NCBI GenBank assembly: GCA_963739455.1
Contig: CAVUAK010000001.1
Span: 1,536,001 to 1,600,000 of the forward strand
DNA: 64,000 nucleotides
Direction: 5' to 3'
Source: an uncultured Gemmatimonadales bacterium
Lineage (GTDB): Bacteria > Gemmatimonadota > Gemmatimonadetes > Gemmatimonadales > GWC2-71-9
Shown here: positions 50,060 through 61,064 of the stretch, piece after piece
Layout: each line of letters begins with the position of its first letter
Position numbering within the stretch: position 1 is the stretch's first letter
Made by a program: the position numbers and the translations under genes
The notes under the pieces: model-generated
Told to the model about the DNA's origin: nothing
What the model saw: only the letters and a program-made list of their open reading frames with translations
Database searches by the model: none

Positions 50060-50190
50060 GCATCGAGATCAACTAGTCAGAAGCGTGTGTCGCAATCAAA
50101 TACCCTTGTTCCGGGCATTCGGCTCGAAAGCGATGATAGCGTTGCGATTAGGTCTTCAGCAATGCGCATAGAACATTGACAGTCTCTCTT

Positions 50191-50206
50191 CGTGACGACG
50201 GTCACA
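50191..50206. promoter_or_regulatory. Near-consensus TGTGA-N6-TCACA site upstream of lipoprotein 5
   Basis: CGTGA-cgacgg-TCACA (9 of 10 matches) in the divergent intergenic region. Confidence 0.45.
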
Positions 50207-50420
50207 CAGTGGCACCGATGTGAAGGCCTATGGCTTCGCTGTGTGGCACCGTAGCAACAGTACCGACGGCCGTGGGACACGGCCCGTGCGAGGGGTTGTA
50301 TTCTTCTCCAACTCGTTGTCTGGCTGGGCTTAGCGGCTCAGGTCCCGGAGCACTTGCGAGTCCGACTCTTGCAGTGTGGCCTTAAGGATTCCAATCCAGC
50401 GCTGATAGGAACTCTGCCGC

Positions 50421-50981
50421 ATGCACTTCCGCTATACCGAGATCCCGGGCGCGATGGTCATCGACCCGACGCCGCACGGCGACCATCGTGGGCGCTTCAT
50501 GCGCGCATGGTGTTGCAATGAGATGTCGGATCAGGGAATCGACTTCGTGCCACTGCAGGCCAACATGGGGCGCAGCAGCCAGGCAGGCACGGTCCGCGGA
50601 CTTCATTATCAGGTGGGGCCCAGCACCGAGGCGAAGCTGGTACGTTGCACGTCGGGATCTGTTTTCGATGTGCTGGTGGATCTCCGTCGAGGCTCGACCA
50701 CCTTTGGCCAGTGGACTGCCGCCGAACTTTCGGCGGACAACGGCCGCATGCTATATGTCCCGCCAATGTGCGCTCACGGCTACCAGACGCTGACGGACGA
50801 CGCCGAGATCTACTATCTCACGTCGGCCGTGTATGCACCGTCCTCGGTCCGCGGCCTCCGATTCGACGATCCAGCCGTCGGCATCGCGTGGCCATTGCTG
50901 GTGAGCTCAATTTCCGATCAGGATGCAGCCTGGCCCTTGCTTGGTCACCTCGAACAGGAAAGAAGCGACGTGTCGCGATGA
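50421..50981 (+). CDS. rfbC: dTDP-4-dehydrorhamnose 3,5-epimerase family protein
   Basis: DHRGRF, GTVRGLHYQ, DLRRGS, AHGYQTL, DDPAVGIAWP. Confidence 0.88.
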   Translation: MHFRYTEIPGAMVIDPTPHGDHRGRFMRAWCCNEMSDQGIDFVPLQANMGRSSQAGTVRGLHYQVGPSTEAKLVRCTSGSVFDVLVDLRRGSTTFGQWTAAELSADNGRMLYVPPMCAHGYQTLTDDAEIYYLTSAVYAPSSVRGLRFDDPAVGIAWPLLVSSISDQDAAWPLLGHLEQERSDVSR

Positions 50982-52324
50982 ACATTGACCTTGCACTCAG
51001 GCAGCGCGCAGCTGAGGGACGGCCGATTCGAGTGGCCATCATCGGCGCCGGCGCGACTGGCCGCGCCATTGCGCTGCAGCTCGGCACCCCGGTGCCGGGA
51101 TCTCGCCTCGCCGGCATCGCCAACCGCACGCCGAGTCACGCCGAACGCGCCCTTCGCGAAGCCGGGATCGGTCAGTGGGCAAGCTCGAGTTCGCCCGGTG
51201 CCGTCGCGGACTCGATCCGCGCGGGTGTTCCCGTCCTGACGGACGACCCCGAGTTGCTCGTGCGCTCGCCCGCCATCGACATCGTCCTGGAGGTCACGGG
51301 CACGATCGACTTCGGTGCGCAAGTCACCCTCGACGCGATCGCTCACGGCAAGCACACCGTGATCGTCAACGCAGAACTCGACTCGACCATTGGACCGATT
51401 CTCAAGACCAGCGCTGACCAGGCCGGGGTCGTCCTGACGAACACGGACGGCGACGAGCCTGGCGTGGCGATGACGCTGTTTCGCTACCTGCGTACACTCG
51501 GGCTGCGACCGGTCGCGGCAGGAAACATCAAGGGCATGGTCGACTACTACCGCAACCCGGATACACAGCGGGCGTTTGCGGAGAAGAACGATCAGGATGC
51601 GTGGAAGGTCACTTCTTTTGCCGACGCGACCAAGCTCTCGATGGAGACGACCGTTCTCGCCAATGCGACTGGATTCGGGGTCGGAAAGCGGGGGATGTAC
51701 GGACCCGCCTGCTCCAACGTCAGGGAGATGGCCAGCTTTGCTTCCTGCCTCGGACATGCTGTCGGGCGGCATCGTGGACTACGCTCTCGGTGCTGCGCCG
51801 CACACCGGAGCCTTCGTCGTGGTCCACGAGGACAATACGCTGAAGCAGGCCCAGCTGGCATACTACAAGATGGGCGACGGTCCGTTCTACGTGTTCTACA
51901 CGCCGTTCCACCTTCCTCACCTGCAGATCGCATCGACCATCGGCCGAGCAGTGCTCTTTGGCGACGCGACGGTCACGCCGCAGGACGGACCCCGGTGCGA
52001 GGTCGTCGCGATGGCCAAGAGGGACCTGAGGGCGGGCGACCGCATCGATGGCATCGGCGGTTTCACCGTCTACGGCCTGATCGACAATACCGACCACGCA
52101 CGCGCCGGCGAATGCCCTGCCGATGGGGCTTGTCCGAGGGATGCATCGCTCGAGCGCGATGTCGCGAAGGACAGCGTGTCATCACGGTCAGTGACGTCGC
52201 GATGCCGGCCGAGCGCCTGAGCGACCGGCTCTGGGCCGAGCAGCAGTCTCGCGCTGGGCACCGCGGGTGCGGCCACGCTCGCGGGACGTCCGCGCCGGCC
52301 TCGGGTGCCGCGGTGCCGTCATGA
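50978..52324 (+). pseudogene. NAD(P)-dependent oxidoreductase, homoserine-dehydrogenase-like with SAF domain; frameshifted (likely sequencing error)
   Basis: GAGATG, DGDEPG, SFADATKLSME. Continues in another frame after about 51735 (YYKMGDGPFY, AKRDLRAGDRIDGIGG). Confidence 0.75.
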
Positions 52325-53122
52325 AGGTCGTTCTCTTCTGCGGCGGCCTCGGCACGCGGCTCCGGGACTACGACGAGAACGTCCCCAAGCCGATGGTCAG
52401 CATCGGGTACCGCCCGATCATGTGGCACCTGATGAAGTACTACGCCCATTTCGGGCACAAGGACTTCATCCTCTGCCTCGGCTACAAGGCCGATGTGATC
52501 AAGAAGTACTTTCTCGAGTACAACGAGTGCCTCTCGAACGACTTCGTCCTGGTCCGGCGGCGGGCAGAAGGTCGAGCTGCTCAACAGCGACATCCACGAC
52601 TGGCGGATCACGTTCGTGGACACCGGCCTGGCCTCGCCCATCGGTGAGCGGCTGCGCCGGGTGACGCGAGCACCTCGCCGGGCGAGGAGATGTTCCTGGC
52701 GAACTACACCGATTGCCTCACCGACCTGGATCTGGACGGCCTACGTGGATGCAGTTCAAGGCTCGAAGAAGCATCGCGGGCATGGTGACGGTTCCGCCCA
52801 ACGTGAGCTTCCACTACGTCGCGGCGCAGGGGGGCATGGTCACCAGTCGATCGACGATGCGCGGAGTACGCCCCTCCGGGTCAACGGCGGATTCTTCGTC
52901 TTCCGACAGGAGATTCTTCGACTACCTCAACGAGCGGCGAGGAGCTGGTTGAACGCGCCGTTCCATCGGCTGATTGAACGAGCACCAGCTCCTGGCCTAC
53001 GAGTACAACGGGTTCTGGAAGGCGATGGACACCTTCAAGGACAAGCAACAGCTGGACGCGCTGCTGGCCAAGGGGGCTCCCCCTTGGGAAGTCTGGCGTC
53101 GCTGGCGGCCGGTGCCGAATGA
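52321..53122 (+). pseudogene. rfbF: Glucose-1-phosphate cytidylyltransferase-like; frameshifted (likely sequencing error)
   Basis: FCGGLGTRL, PKPMV, LGYK, VNGGFF, GFWKAMDTFKD split across frames. Confidence 0.8.
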
Positions 53123-54274
53123 CCGAGCTAGCCTGCGATTCTGGACCCGGGCAGCTGTCTGGTGCCCTCGATCGCGTCGTTCTGGCGCGGTCGTCGCGTC
53201 TTCGTGACCGGTCATACCGGCTTCAAGGGCAGCTGGCTCTCCCTCTGGCTCGAGTCTCTCGGCGCCGACGTCACCGGCTACGCGCTGGCGCCGCCGACAT
53301 CGCCCAGCCTCTTCGAGCAAGCCGGATGTCGGCCGGGCGGTGCGATCGATCACCGCCGATGTCCGCGACTTACCGACGGCTGACCGCGGCGCATCGGGAA
53401 TGCCGGCCGGACGTCGTCCTCCACATGGCCGCCCAGTCGGTGGTGAAGCAGGGTTACGCCGATCCGGTCGAGACCTATCGCCTCGAACGTGATGGGCACG
53501 GTGCACCTGCTCGAGGCGGTCCGGCCGCTCGGGCGTCCATGCTGCCGTCGTGAAGTGACGAGCGACAAGTGCTATGCCCATCGCACGTCCGGCGCCGCCC
53601 TACCGCGAGACGATCCGATGGGCGGGCGATGATCCCTACTCCAACTCCAAGGGGTGCGCGGAGCTGGTCACGACTCGCGTACCGCCGTCGTACTTTCCGC
53701 CGCGGACGCTCGCGCGGCACGGCGTGGCGCTCGCGAGCGCGCGAGCCGGCAATGCCATCGGCGGCGGCGACTGGACGGCCGACCAGCTGATTCCCGACCT
53801 GATCCGCGGCGTTCAGCTCCGGCAATGCCCTGCCTCATCCGCAGCCCGGCGGCGATCCGGCCCTGGCAGTTCGTGCTCGAGCCGCTGCGAGGCTACCTGA
53901 TGCTCGCGGAACGCTGGCAGCAGGACGGAGCCGACTTCGCGTCGGCGTGGAACTTCGGTCCGGCCGACGACGGATGCCAAGCCGGTGTCGTGGATCGCCG
54001 ACCGGCTGAGCAGGCTGGGTGGGGAAGTGGTGCGGCGTGGACCCGGGATGCCGCACGCCCATCCGGCCGAAGCGGCCGTCTTGCGGCTCGACACGACCAA
54101 GGCGACGACCGCGCTGGGCTGGAGGCCGGCGCTGCCGCTCGCCGAGCGCTCGACTGGATCGTGGAGTGGTATCGGGGGTGGCACCAACGGGCGTGACCTC
54201 GGCAGCTCACGATGGCGCAGATCGAGCGGTACGAGCAGCTGCTGTCACCCGGTCGCATGGCCCCAACCGACTAA
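53119..54274 (+). pseudogene. rfbG: CDP-glucose 4,6-dehydratase; frameshifted (likely sequencing error)
   Basis: VTGHTGFKGSWL, HMAAQ, DPYSNSKG, ARAGNAIGGGDW, RPWQFVLEPL, WNFGP split across frames. Confidence 0.82.
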
Positions 54275-54289
54275 CGCGGAGATTGCTCG

Positions 54290-55609
54290 ATGGAGAACAT
54301 CGTCGTACTCGGCAGTGGCATGGGCGCGCTGGGGCGCGGCCTACCGCCTGCAGCGGGGAGGGCATCCGGCCGGTCCTGTACGACCAAGAACTCCTATCAT
54401 GGCGGCCACACCGCCTCGTTCGCGCATGACGGGCGGGTTCCTCTTCGACATCGGACCGCACATCTCGTTCACCAAGGACAACCGGATCCAGGAGCTGTTC
54501 GCCGACGAACGTTGACCACCAGTTCGAGACGATCCAGATCCACCTGAACAACTACTGGCGAGGATACTGGCCGACACATCCGGTGCAGCTGCATCTGCAC
54601 GGCCTGCCCGAGGACGTGATCATCAAGGTCATCGCGGACTTCGTGGCGGCGAGACAAGGCCGAGGACGCGCGAGATCAAGAACTACGCCGATTGGCTGCT
54701 GGCGAGCTTCGGCCGGACCTTCGCCGAGCTGTTCCCGATGCAGTACACCCGCAAGTACCACCTGACGACGGCCGAGAACATGAGCACCGACTGGCTGGGA
54801 CCGCGGATCTACCGCCCCAGCCTCGAGGAGGTACTGCGTGGGCGCCATCTCACCGGCGGCGCCGAGACATCCACTACATCACGCATTTCCGGTATCCGAC
54901 GCGGGGCGGCTTCGCCGCCTACCTGCAGCAAGTTCCTGCCGCTGGGTGAGCTCAAGCTGCAGCACGAGCTCGTCGACGCTCGATCCACGGGCCCGGGAGA
55001 CTCACGTTCGCGCAACGGGATCGGTGACCGGATACGACGAGCGTGGTGTCCTCCGGTCCCGCTACCGGAACTGGTCCCGATGATCGCAGGAGCGCCTGCG
55101 CACGTGATCGCTGCCGCGGCGACGGCTCGCCTGTTCGACCTGCGTGCTGGTCAATGTCGGCGTCGATCGAGCGGATCTGTCCGAGGCGCACATGTCATAC
55201 TTCTACGACGAGGACATCTGCTTCACGCGCCTGAGCTTCCCGCACATGCTGTCGCCGGAACAACGTGCCTCCAGGGCGCCGGCAGCATTCAGGCAGAGGT
55301 CTATTTCTCGAGCAAGTACCGACCGCTCGACCGTCTCTCCCGACAGCCTCATCGAACCGGTCATCAGCGACCTCCGCCGCTGCGGCCTGATTCGCGAGGA
55401 CGGACACGATCCTGTTCAGGAACGCCATGCTGGTGCCTTATGCCAACGTGATCTTTGACCTTGAACGGGCCGAGGCGCTCAAGACGGTCCACGGCTACCT
55501 GGATGAGCTCGGGTCGGCATATTGCGGCCGCTACGGCGACTGGGGCTACATGTGGACGGACGAGAGCTTCATCAGCGGTGAGCGGGCGGCCGGGACGGCC
55601 CTGGCATGA
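54290..55609 (+). pseudogene. FAD-dependent oxidoreductase (protoporphyrinogen oxidase / UDP-galactopyranose mutase-like); frameshifted
   Basis: VLGSGMG, FDIGPHISF, YPTRGGF, CGRYGDWGY split across frames. Confidence 0.72.
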
Positions 55610-56271
55610 ACGCAGCTGACCCTTCGCGACGGACCGGCCGCGAGCCGCTGACGGTGCTTTGCCTCGGGGCGCACTCCGATGACATCGAGATCGGCTGCGG
55701 CGGGACCATCATGCGGTTGCTCGCCGAGCGGCCCGGAACGTCGGTGTTCCTGGGTCGTATTGAGCGGGGCAGGGCGAGCGTGCGCGCGAGGCGCGGCGGA
55801 GCGCCCGCCGCTTGCTCCGGGGGGCGCACGCAAGCGAGGTCCGGATCGACCCTTTCCGGGACGGATTCCTGCCCTACGTAGGCGTGCAGGTGAAGGAAAT
55901 GTTCGAGGAGCTGAAGCAGGAGGTCCAGCCCGACCTGATCTTCACACACTACGGCCACGATCGGCACCAGGACCATCGCCTGGTCAGCGAGCTGACATGG
56001 AACACGTTTCGAAGCCACCTGATCCTGGAATACGAAATCCCGAAGTACGACGGTGATCTCGGGCAGCCGAACCTGTTCGTCTCACTTCCAGCCGGTGTCA
56101 GGCGGCGGAAGGTCCGAATCCTGATGTCGGCCTTCCCGAGTCAGCGCGGGCAAGTCCTGGTTTTCAGCGGCGACCTTCGAGGGATTGATGCGCCTGCGAG
56201 GAATCGAGAGCGCGGCACCTGATGGCTATGCGGAGGGATTTCATGCGAGGAAGATCATGCTGACGCCGTGA
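55606..56271 (+). pseudogene. PIG-L/LmbE family deacetylase; frameshifted
   Basis: GAHSDDIEIGCGG, HQDH, YEIPKYDGD, FPSQ, AEGF. Confidence 0.78.
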
Positions 56272-56285
56272 GGTAAGATGCGTTA

Positions 56286-57404
56286 TCAGTGCCAGACGTC
56301 CCATTGCCGCCGCATGCCCAGCACCACGCCAATGCCCGCCGCCGAAACCATGTAGGCTCCCCACACAACCGCCTCTCGGAGCACCCTGAGCGGCGGAAGC
56401 AGCGCAATGGCCGCGATGATGAAGACCACCGCGAAGGCGACGACCAGAAAGTTGCCAGTGCCGACATGCTCCCAAGCGAGCGCCGATAGCCACAGTGCCG
56501 TGACCATGGCCAGCATCGGCGTGGCAAGTCGCATGAGCTTGTGAAAGACAAACTGGAACCAGATCGGATTCTTGTCCGGCCGCAATACTCCGGGAAGCCA
56601 CATGCAGAGCTGAACGTTGCCTGCGAGCGTCCTGACTTTTCGCTGATACTCGAGCTTTGGCGTGGTCTGACGCGTTTCGTGCACCACGGCATCCGGGCAG
56701 AACATGACGCGCTTGCCCTCGAGCACGAGGCGCATTGGAGTATACAAGTCGTCGAGGATGAGCCCGGCGGGCAGGGGTGCCCAGAGGGCACGCCGCATCG
56801 CGTAGAGCGACCCACTGACGCCGACAGCGGAATGCCACCGCGCTTCCGCGGCTCGTAATCCCACCTCCAGGTTCCAGTACCAACGGATCGGCGAGCTTCG
56901 CCGCTCAGCGCCAAGGGCGAGCGCCCCGGAGATAGCGCCGACGGTCTCGTCGAGTAACGGCAACACGAGCTCCCGGATCGTGTCGAGCGCAACACCCTGG
57001 CGCGTGTCGGTGAAGACGATCACGTCCCCGGTGGCCTGCCTCACTGCCGAATTCAGGGTGGCGGCCTTTCCGCCAGGGCCGTCTCCAAGCACGGTCACGA
57101 TGCGCGCGTCGGGCCCGTTACGCAGTACAGGGATCTGATGGTACGTCGACCAATCGAAAGCCACGACGACCTGCAGGCGATCCGCTGGATAGTCAGATGC
57201 CAAGACGGAGTCGATCTTCGAATCGATGAGCGAGACGTCGTCACGGGTTGCAATCAGGACGCTTACGGTTGGCGTGTATGGGCGAATGGGGATCGAGCTG
57301 CGGCGCGTGAGACGCGCCATGGAATGCGCAATAAGCGGATACCCCAGCCAAGTAACAATGAGCAGGGCAAATGCTGCGGAACCGAGGACAGCGAGCGTAT
57401 TCAT
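56286..57404 (-). CDS. Glycosyltransferase family 2 with TM helices
   Basis: GYP, GKAATLN, FTD, SGSLYAMRR, DDL, RKVR. Confidence 0.88.
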   Translation of the reverse strand: MNTLAVLGSAAFALLIVTWLGYPLIAHSMARLTRRSSIPIRPYTPTVSVLIATRDDVSLIDSKIDSVLASDYPADRLQVVVAFDWSTYHQIPVLRNGPDARIVTVLGDGPGGKAATLNSAVRQATGDVIVFTDTRQGVALDTIRELVLPLLDETVGAISGALALGAERRSSPIRWYWNLEVGLRAAEARWHSAVGVSGSLYAMRRALWAPLPAGLILDDLYTPMRLVLEGKRVMFCPDAVVHETRQTTPKLEYQRKVRTLAGNVQLCMWLPGVLRPDKNPIWFQFVFHKLMRLATPMLAMVTALWLSALAWEHVGTGNFLVVAFAVVFIIAAIALLPPLRVLREAVVWGAYMVSAAGIGVVLGMRRQWDVWH

Positions 57405-57589
57405 TTGCTCCTAGGTCAATCGTCCTATGATGCGCAAACCCTTCAACCCCATCAGGCAGCTGCAGCGCCGACCCACAACTTGCCACCTTGGTATCGCGCA
57501 CAGCGCTGAGCCAAACTATTGCATGGTAATGATTTACGACTTCTGTCCTGAGGGATAGTCTCGGACGCAGCTATCCAGAGCCCCAGAAG

Positions 57590-57605
57590 GGCAATAATCC
57601 TGCCG
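57590..57605 (-). promoter_or_regulatory. Candidate sigma54 -24/-12 promoter
   Basis: Minus strand CGGCAG-gatta-TTGCC upstream of the GT2 gene. Confidence 0.45.
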
Positions 57606-57666
57606 GATGATCCTGAATTGCAGTTCGGAAGAGGTTTATGCGGCGTCCTGGCGTGCGGGGGCGATG

Positions 57667-59457
57667 TCAGTGCACCTGGACCTCCCACACAGCTGTGCTT
57701 CGCGCCTGACGGCTTGCCAGTTCCATGACCGGCGTCAAATACCATCTCCAGCGAGGTGCCCATTGGCGGACCCTGCTGGCTCGAAAGGCGAGCCGCCCCT
57801 TGGGGGTCAGCAATTGGCTCAGCGCATGGTCTGCCCCTTCATGGCTGATCTCTCGACGCAGCTGCTGCTGGCAGGCCGCGCTGTGGGCCTTTTCCGTAGC
57901 GACCATTTCGGGCCGCAGTCCGGCAGGAATGTCACGCGTGCCTGGATACTGGGCAAAATTCGGCCAGAACTCCCGAAGGCAGGAGCGTTGGATGTCGGCG
58001 CTGTGCTTGTCGCTTGACGATATCGACAGCAGAAGGGACAGGTAGTCTGGATCCAGGTATGGGTAGAGCGGCAGCACGCCGGGCGGAGGCAGGTGCTGCG
58101 ACCACAGGGCCACCGCCCGTCGCTGCCGCAACAGCAGGAAGGAGAGTTCGCCTGCGTTCGGACGGTCGGTAAAGCGACTGAGGTAGTTGCGCAGGTCCTC
58201 GCGCACCTGCTCGGCACTGTGCCACGCGCCTTCCGGTAGGACGCTGTCAAACTCCGTCCCAATCGCGTGGCTCGCCACTTCGTCCATTTCACCGTGGGTC
58301 AACGTACCTGGAGCGGAGACCCCAAGCTGCTCCGTCCATCCAACGGGATCACCCAGAACATCGCCCGCAATGCCATCGAGGATCGCGCGATATTGGGTCG
58401 GCGCTCCATGGAGGACTCGAATGGCCCACGTGTGCTCGACTGATTCGCCGTCCAGAAGCGTGCGGCGCATCAGGTCATCGGCCAGATAGCGGTCCTCCGC
58501 CGCCTCTACCACGGCGTGGTCGAAGTTGAAGTCTCGGGCCATCGCACTGGCAAACCTGGCGTCGAGGTCCATGCGTTCCGACTGGATGAGCCGGCAGGTG
58601 ACCGCAGTAAACGGTGTTTGGCGTTGCACCAGCCCTGCGAGTATGCGCCGGCTGTCGAACCCGCTGCTCAACGGGAGCATCAGCTTGTCGTCACTGAGCC
58701 GAACGCATCGCGTCAGTGCCTGTTGGAATACCTCTTCGATCTCCCTGAGGGTTCGACTGTCCATCCGTCGGGTGCCAGGGGGAATGGTGTCGAGGCGCGA
58801 CTGATCGATCGTGACTCCCGCCGCTGTTACCCGTACTGCTTGGCCGGCTGGGACGCGGCGAATCCCTTGTGTAAGGCTGCGATCTGCTGCAATCCACGAC
58901 GACTGGATCAGGCAGCGCCAGGCGAGCCGGTCAGGCGCGTCACCGGCGCACGCGAGGAAACGCGGGTTCGTGGAGAACAGCACAGTGGAGTCCAGCTCGC
59001 GCCAGTACAGCGTGCCCATGCCGAGCAAGTCGGCGTCCAGCGTGAGCGCGTCGCCTCCTCCCTTGATCGTGGCCACTGAGAAGACGCCATCGTGACGTCG
59101 ACTCGGCCCTTCGAGCCAGTAGCACGCGATGGCGGCGGACGATGAATAGCTTTGGATGTCAGGCAGGACGTAGCCCCGGAAAGCGACGGCACCGCCGCTG
59201 CCATCGGCATGGACCAGTCCGAGGTGCTCGGGGGAGACGGCACTCGCCAGGAACCAGTTGCGCCCTCGCAGCGCAGTTATCGGAAACCCGGGTGCTTCTG
59301 CCCACGACACGTGGAGCGATCGGCGAGCATCGAAGACGCCAAGAAAGAAGTTGTCGGAGCCGCCCTCCGGCTGCGCCGGCGGCCAGTGCACCCGGAAGTG
59401 GCGCGCGCCCTCGGGCGACACCAAGGCTTCCTCGCTCATGGCCGCTTGCCGCGCCAT
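57667..59457 (-). CDS. Asparagine synthase-related protein (lacks N-terminal Cys)
   Basis: DLLGMGTLYW, LSSGFDSR (PP-loop), DGIAGD, PYLD. Start may be 59439. Confidence 0.72.
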   Translation of the reverse strand: MARQAAMSEEALVSPEGARHFRVHWPPAQPEGGSDNFFLGVFDARRSLHVSWAEAPGFPITALRGRNWFLASAVSPEHLGLVHADGSGGAVAFRGYVLPDIQSYSSSAAIACYWLEGPSRRHDGVFSVATIKGGGDALTLDADLLGMGTLYWRELDSTVLFSTNPRFLACAGDAPDRLAWRCLIQSSWIAADRSLTQGIRRVPAGQAVRVTAAGVTIDQSRLDTIPPGTRRMDSRTLREIEEVFQQALTRCVRLSDDKLMLPLSSGFDSRRILAGLVQRQTPFTAVTCRLIQSERMDLDARFASAMARDFNFDHAVVEAAEDRYLADDLMRRTLLDGESVEHTWAIRVLHGAPTQYRAILDGIAGDVLGDPVGWTEQLGVSAPGTLTHGEMDEVASHAIGTEFDSVLPEGAWHSAEQVREDLRNYLSRFTDRPNAGELSFLLLRQRRAVALWSQHLPPPGVLPLYPYLDPDYLSLLLSISSSDKHSADIQRSCLREFWPNFAQYPGTRDIPAGLRPEMVATEKAHSAACQQQLRREISHEGADHALSQLLTPKGRLAFRASRVRQWAPRWRWYLTPVMELASRQARSTAVWEVQVH

Positions 59458-60902
59458 CCGCGCAGCAATCCTAGCACGTCACTCACCGCCGGGCGAAGGG
59501 CCACCAGGGCGAGGGCGATATATGTCGCAACGCCAACCAGGATCGCGGCCGCCATTCTCAACACCTGGCCCACTTCCAGTGTCGGCGTCCACCTCCTGAA
59601 CACACTGACCACAAGCAGCATGGTCAGGCTCGAGAGGAACGGTCCGATCATGCTGCGTGCCACCGACGATGCCTTCATGCCCAGGTGAGGTACCGATCGC
59701 AGTACAGTGGAAAGGAAGTAGATCGGATACGCGACAACCCATGTGAGCGCGAGACCCGTCACCCCCCATCGCACGCCGACGGCGAAACCAGCGAGCATGA
59801 TCCCTGCCCCGAGCAGCACATTCCTAAGGCTAACGTCGGCCCGGCCAACGGCCTTGAGAGCGGAGAGGAGCACGCCGCTGACCAGCCCCAGCGGCAGCGT
59901 TACGGCGTACGCACTCAGGGGTAGTGTTGCGCCATTCCAGCGCGAACCCAGTATCAGCGGTATCAGATCACCCGCAACCGCGGCTAGGCCAAAAAAAATT
60001 GGAAATGCGATGAAGCTCATGACACCAATGCCCTGCCGCAGTCTTGCGCCCAGTTCAGGTCGATCCTCCTGAATCCGCGCCAATGCGGGCAGCACTACCT
60101 GCTGCATGCCCGGGGCGAGTTTCTCGGCTGGCAGTTCCGCGAGTTCCTTGCCGACGACGTACAAGCCTGTCGCTTGACTGCCAAGCACACGGCCGGCGAT
60201 GAAGACGTCGGCCTGTGAGTACAGGTACCAGATGACCCGCTCCGTCGTTACTGCTCCTCCAAACCGTAGCGCGTCGGCAAGGCCGCGAACGGAAAAAAGC
60301 GGCCAGCCGGGTGGCGGGCTGGCTACGTTGAGCCCGGTTGCACGTACCACCGACTGCACCAGGGCGCCGACGACCAGTGCCCACACGCCAGCGCCCCTGA
60401 GTGCGAGGGTCAATGTAGCCGCCGAAGCTAGCAACGCTCCCGCGATCTCTGCGGCCGCGATCCGCCGAAAAGCCAGCCGCCGCTCGAGCAATGATCGCGG
60501 GACCACGATGAGCGAACCCGTCACGAGCAGTATGGCCAGCACGCGCAGTAGTGGGGCCACGGCCGCATTCCCGAGGGCGCTAGCCAACGTCTTAGCGGAG
60601 GCGAGCATCGCGCCGCATAAGACGACGCCCAGGACAAGCACCAGCCCAAAGACCTTACGAACCAGTATGTCGTCCAGCTGTGGTGCGCGCACAATCATGG
60701 TGCCGAGTCCACCCTCCTCGAAGAGCTGGAACGCAGAGACGGCTATCATGGCCATGGCCATCACGCCGTAGTCCGACGGCCCCAGCAGGCGCATCACCCA
60801 GATGGTGGCGACCCACGCGATGCCCTGTGCCGCCAGCCTTCCGGCGCTCGCCCACGCGAGCGTGTGCAGCAGGCGAGGAGCTTCCGGGAGCGCGGAAGTC
60901 AA
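59436..60902 (-). CDS. wzx: Second Wzx-type flippase
   Basis: RLLGPSDYG, GAGVWALV, GSRW, many TM helices; similar to 38457-40037. Confidence 0.8.
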   Translation of the reverse strand: MTSALPEAPRLLHTLAWASAGRLAAQGIAWVATIWVMRLLGPSDYGVMAMAMIAVSAFQLFEEGGLGTMIVRAPQLDDILVRKVFGLVLVLGVVLCGAMLASAKTLASALGNAAVAPLLRVLAILLVTGSLIVVPRSLLERRLAFRRIAAAEIAGALLASAATLTLALRGAGVWALVVGALVQSVVRATGLNVASPPPGWPLFSVRGLADALRFGGAVTTERVIWYLYSQADVFIAGRVLGSQATGLYVVGKELAELPAEKLAPGMQQVVLPALARIQEDRPELGARLRQGIGVMSFIAFPIFFGLAAVAGDLIPLILGSRWNGATLPLSAYAVTLPLGLVSGVLLSALKAVGRADVSLRNVLLGAGIMLAGFAVGVRWGVTGLALTWVVAYPIYFLSTVLRSVPHLGMKASSVARSMIGPFLSSLTMLLVVSVFRRWTPTLEVGQVLRMAAAILVGVATYIALALVALRPAVSDVLGLLRGWRGKRP

Positions 60903-61064
60903 CAGCCCCCCTGGCTGATCGCTAGTGCCCTTCTGTAGCCCCCCACGCGGGCGGCGACAAGGGCAGGCAATATCACGCGCGTTGTACGTTGATGATCACG
61001 TTCGGATGGTAAGGCAGGGGCCGGGGATCGCGCTAGCGTGGATCACCTTCCCGGGGCATTCGAC

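Noticed and set aside
50645..52324. 559-aa ORF as one intact protein
   Set aside because: The true start is about 50978 and homology leaves this frame near 51735; the ORF is a chimera created by indels.
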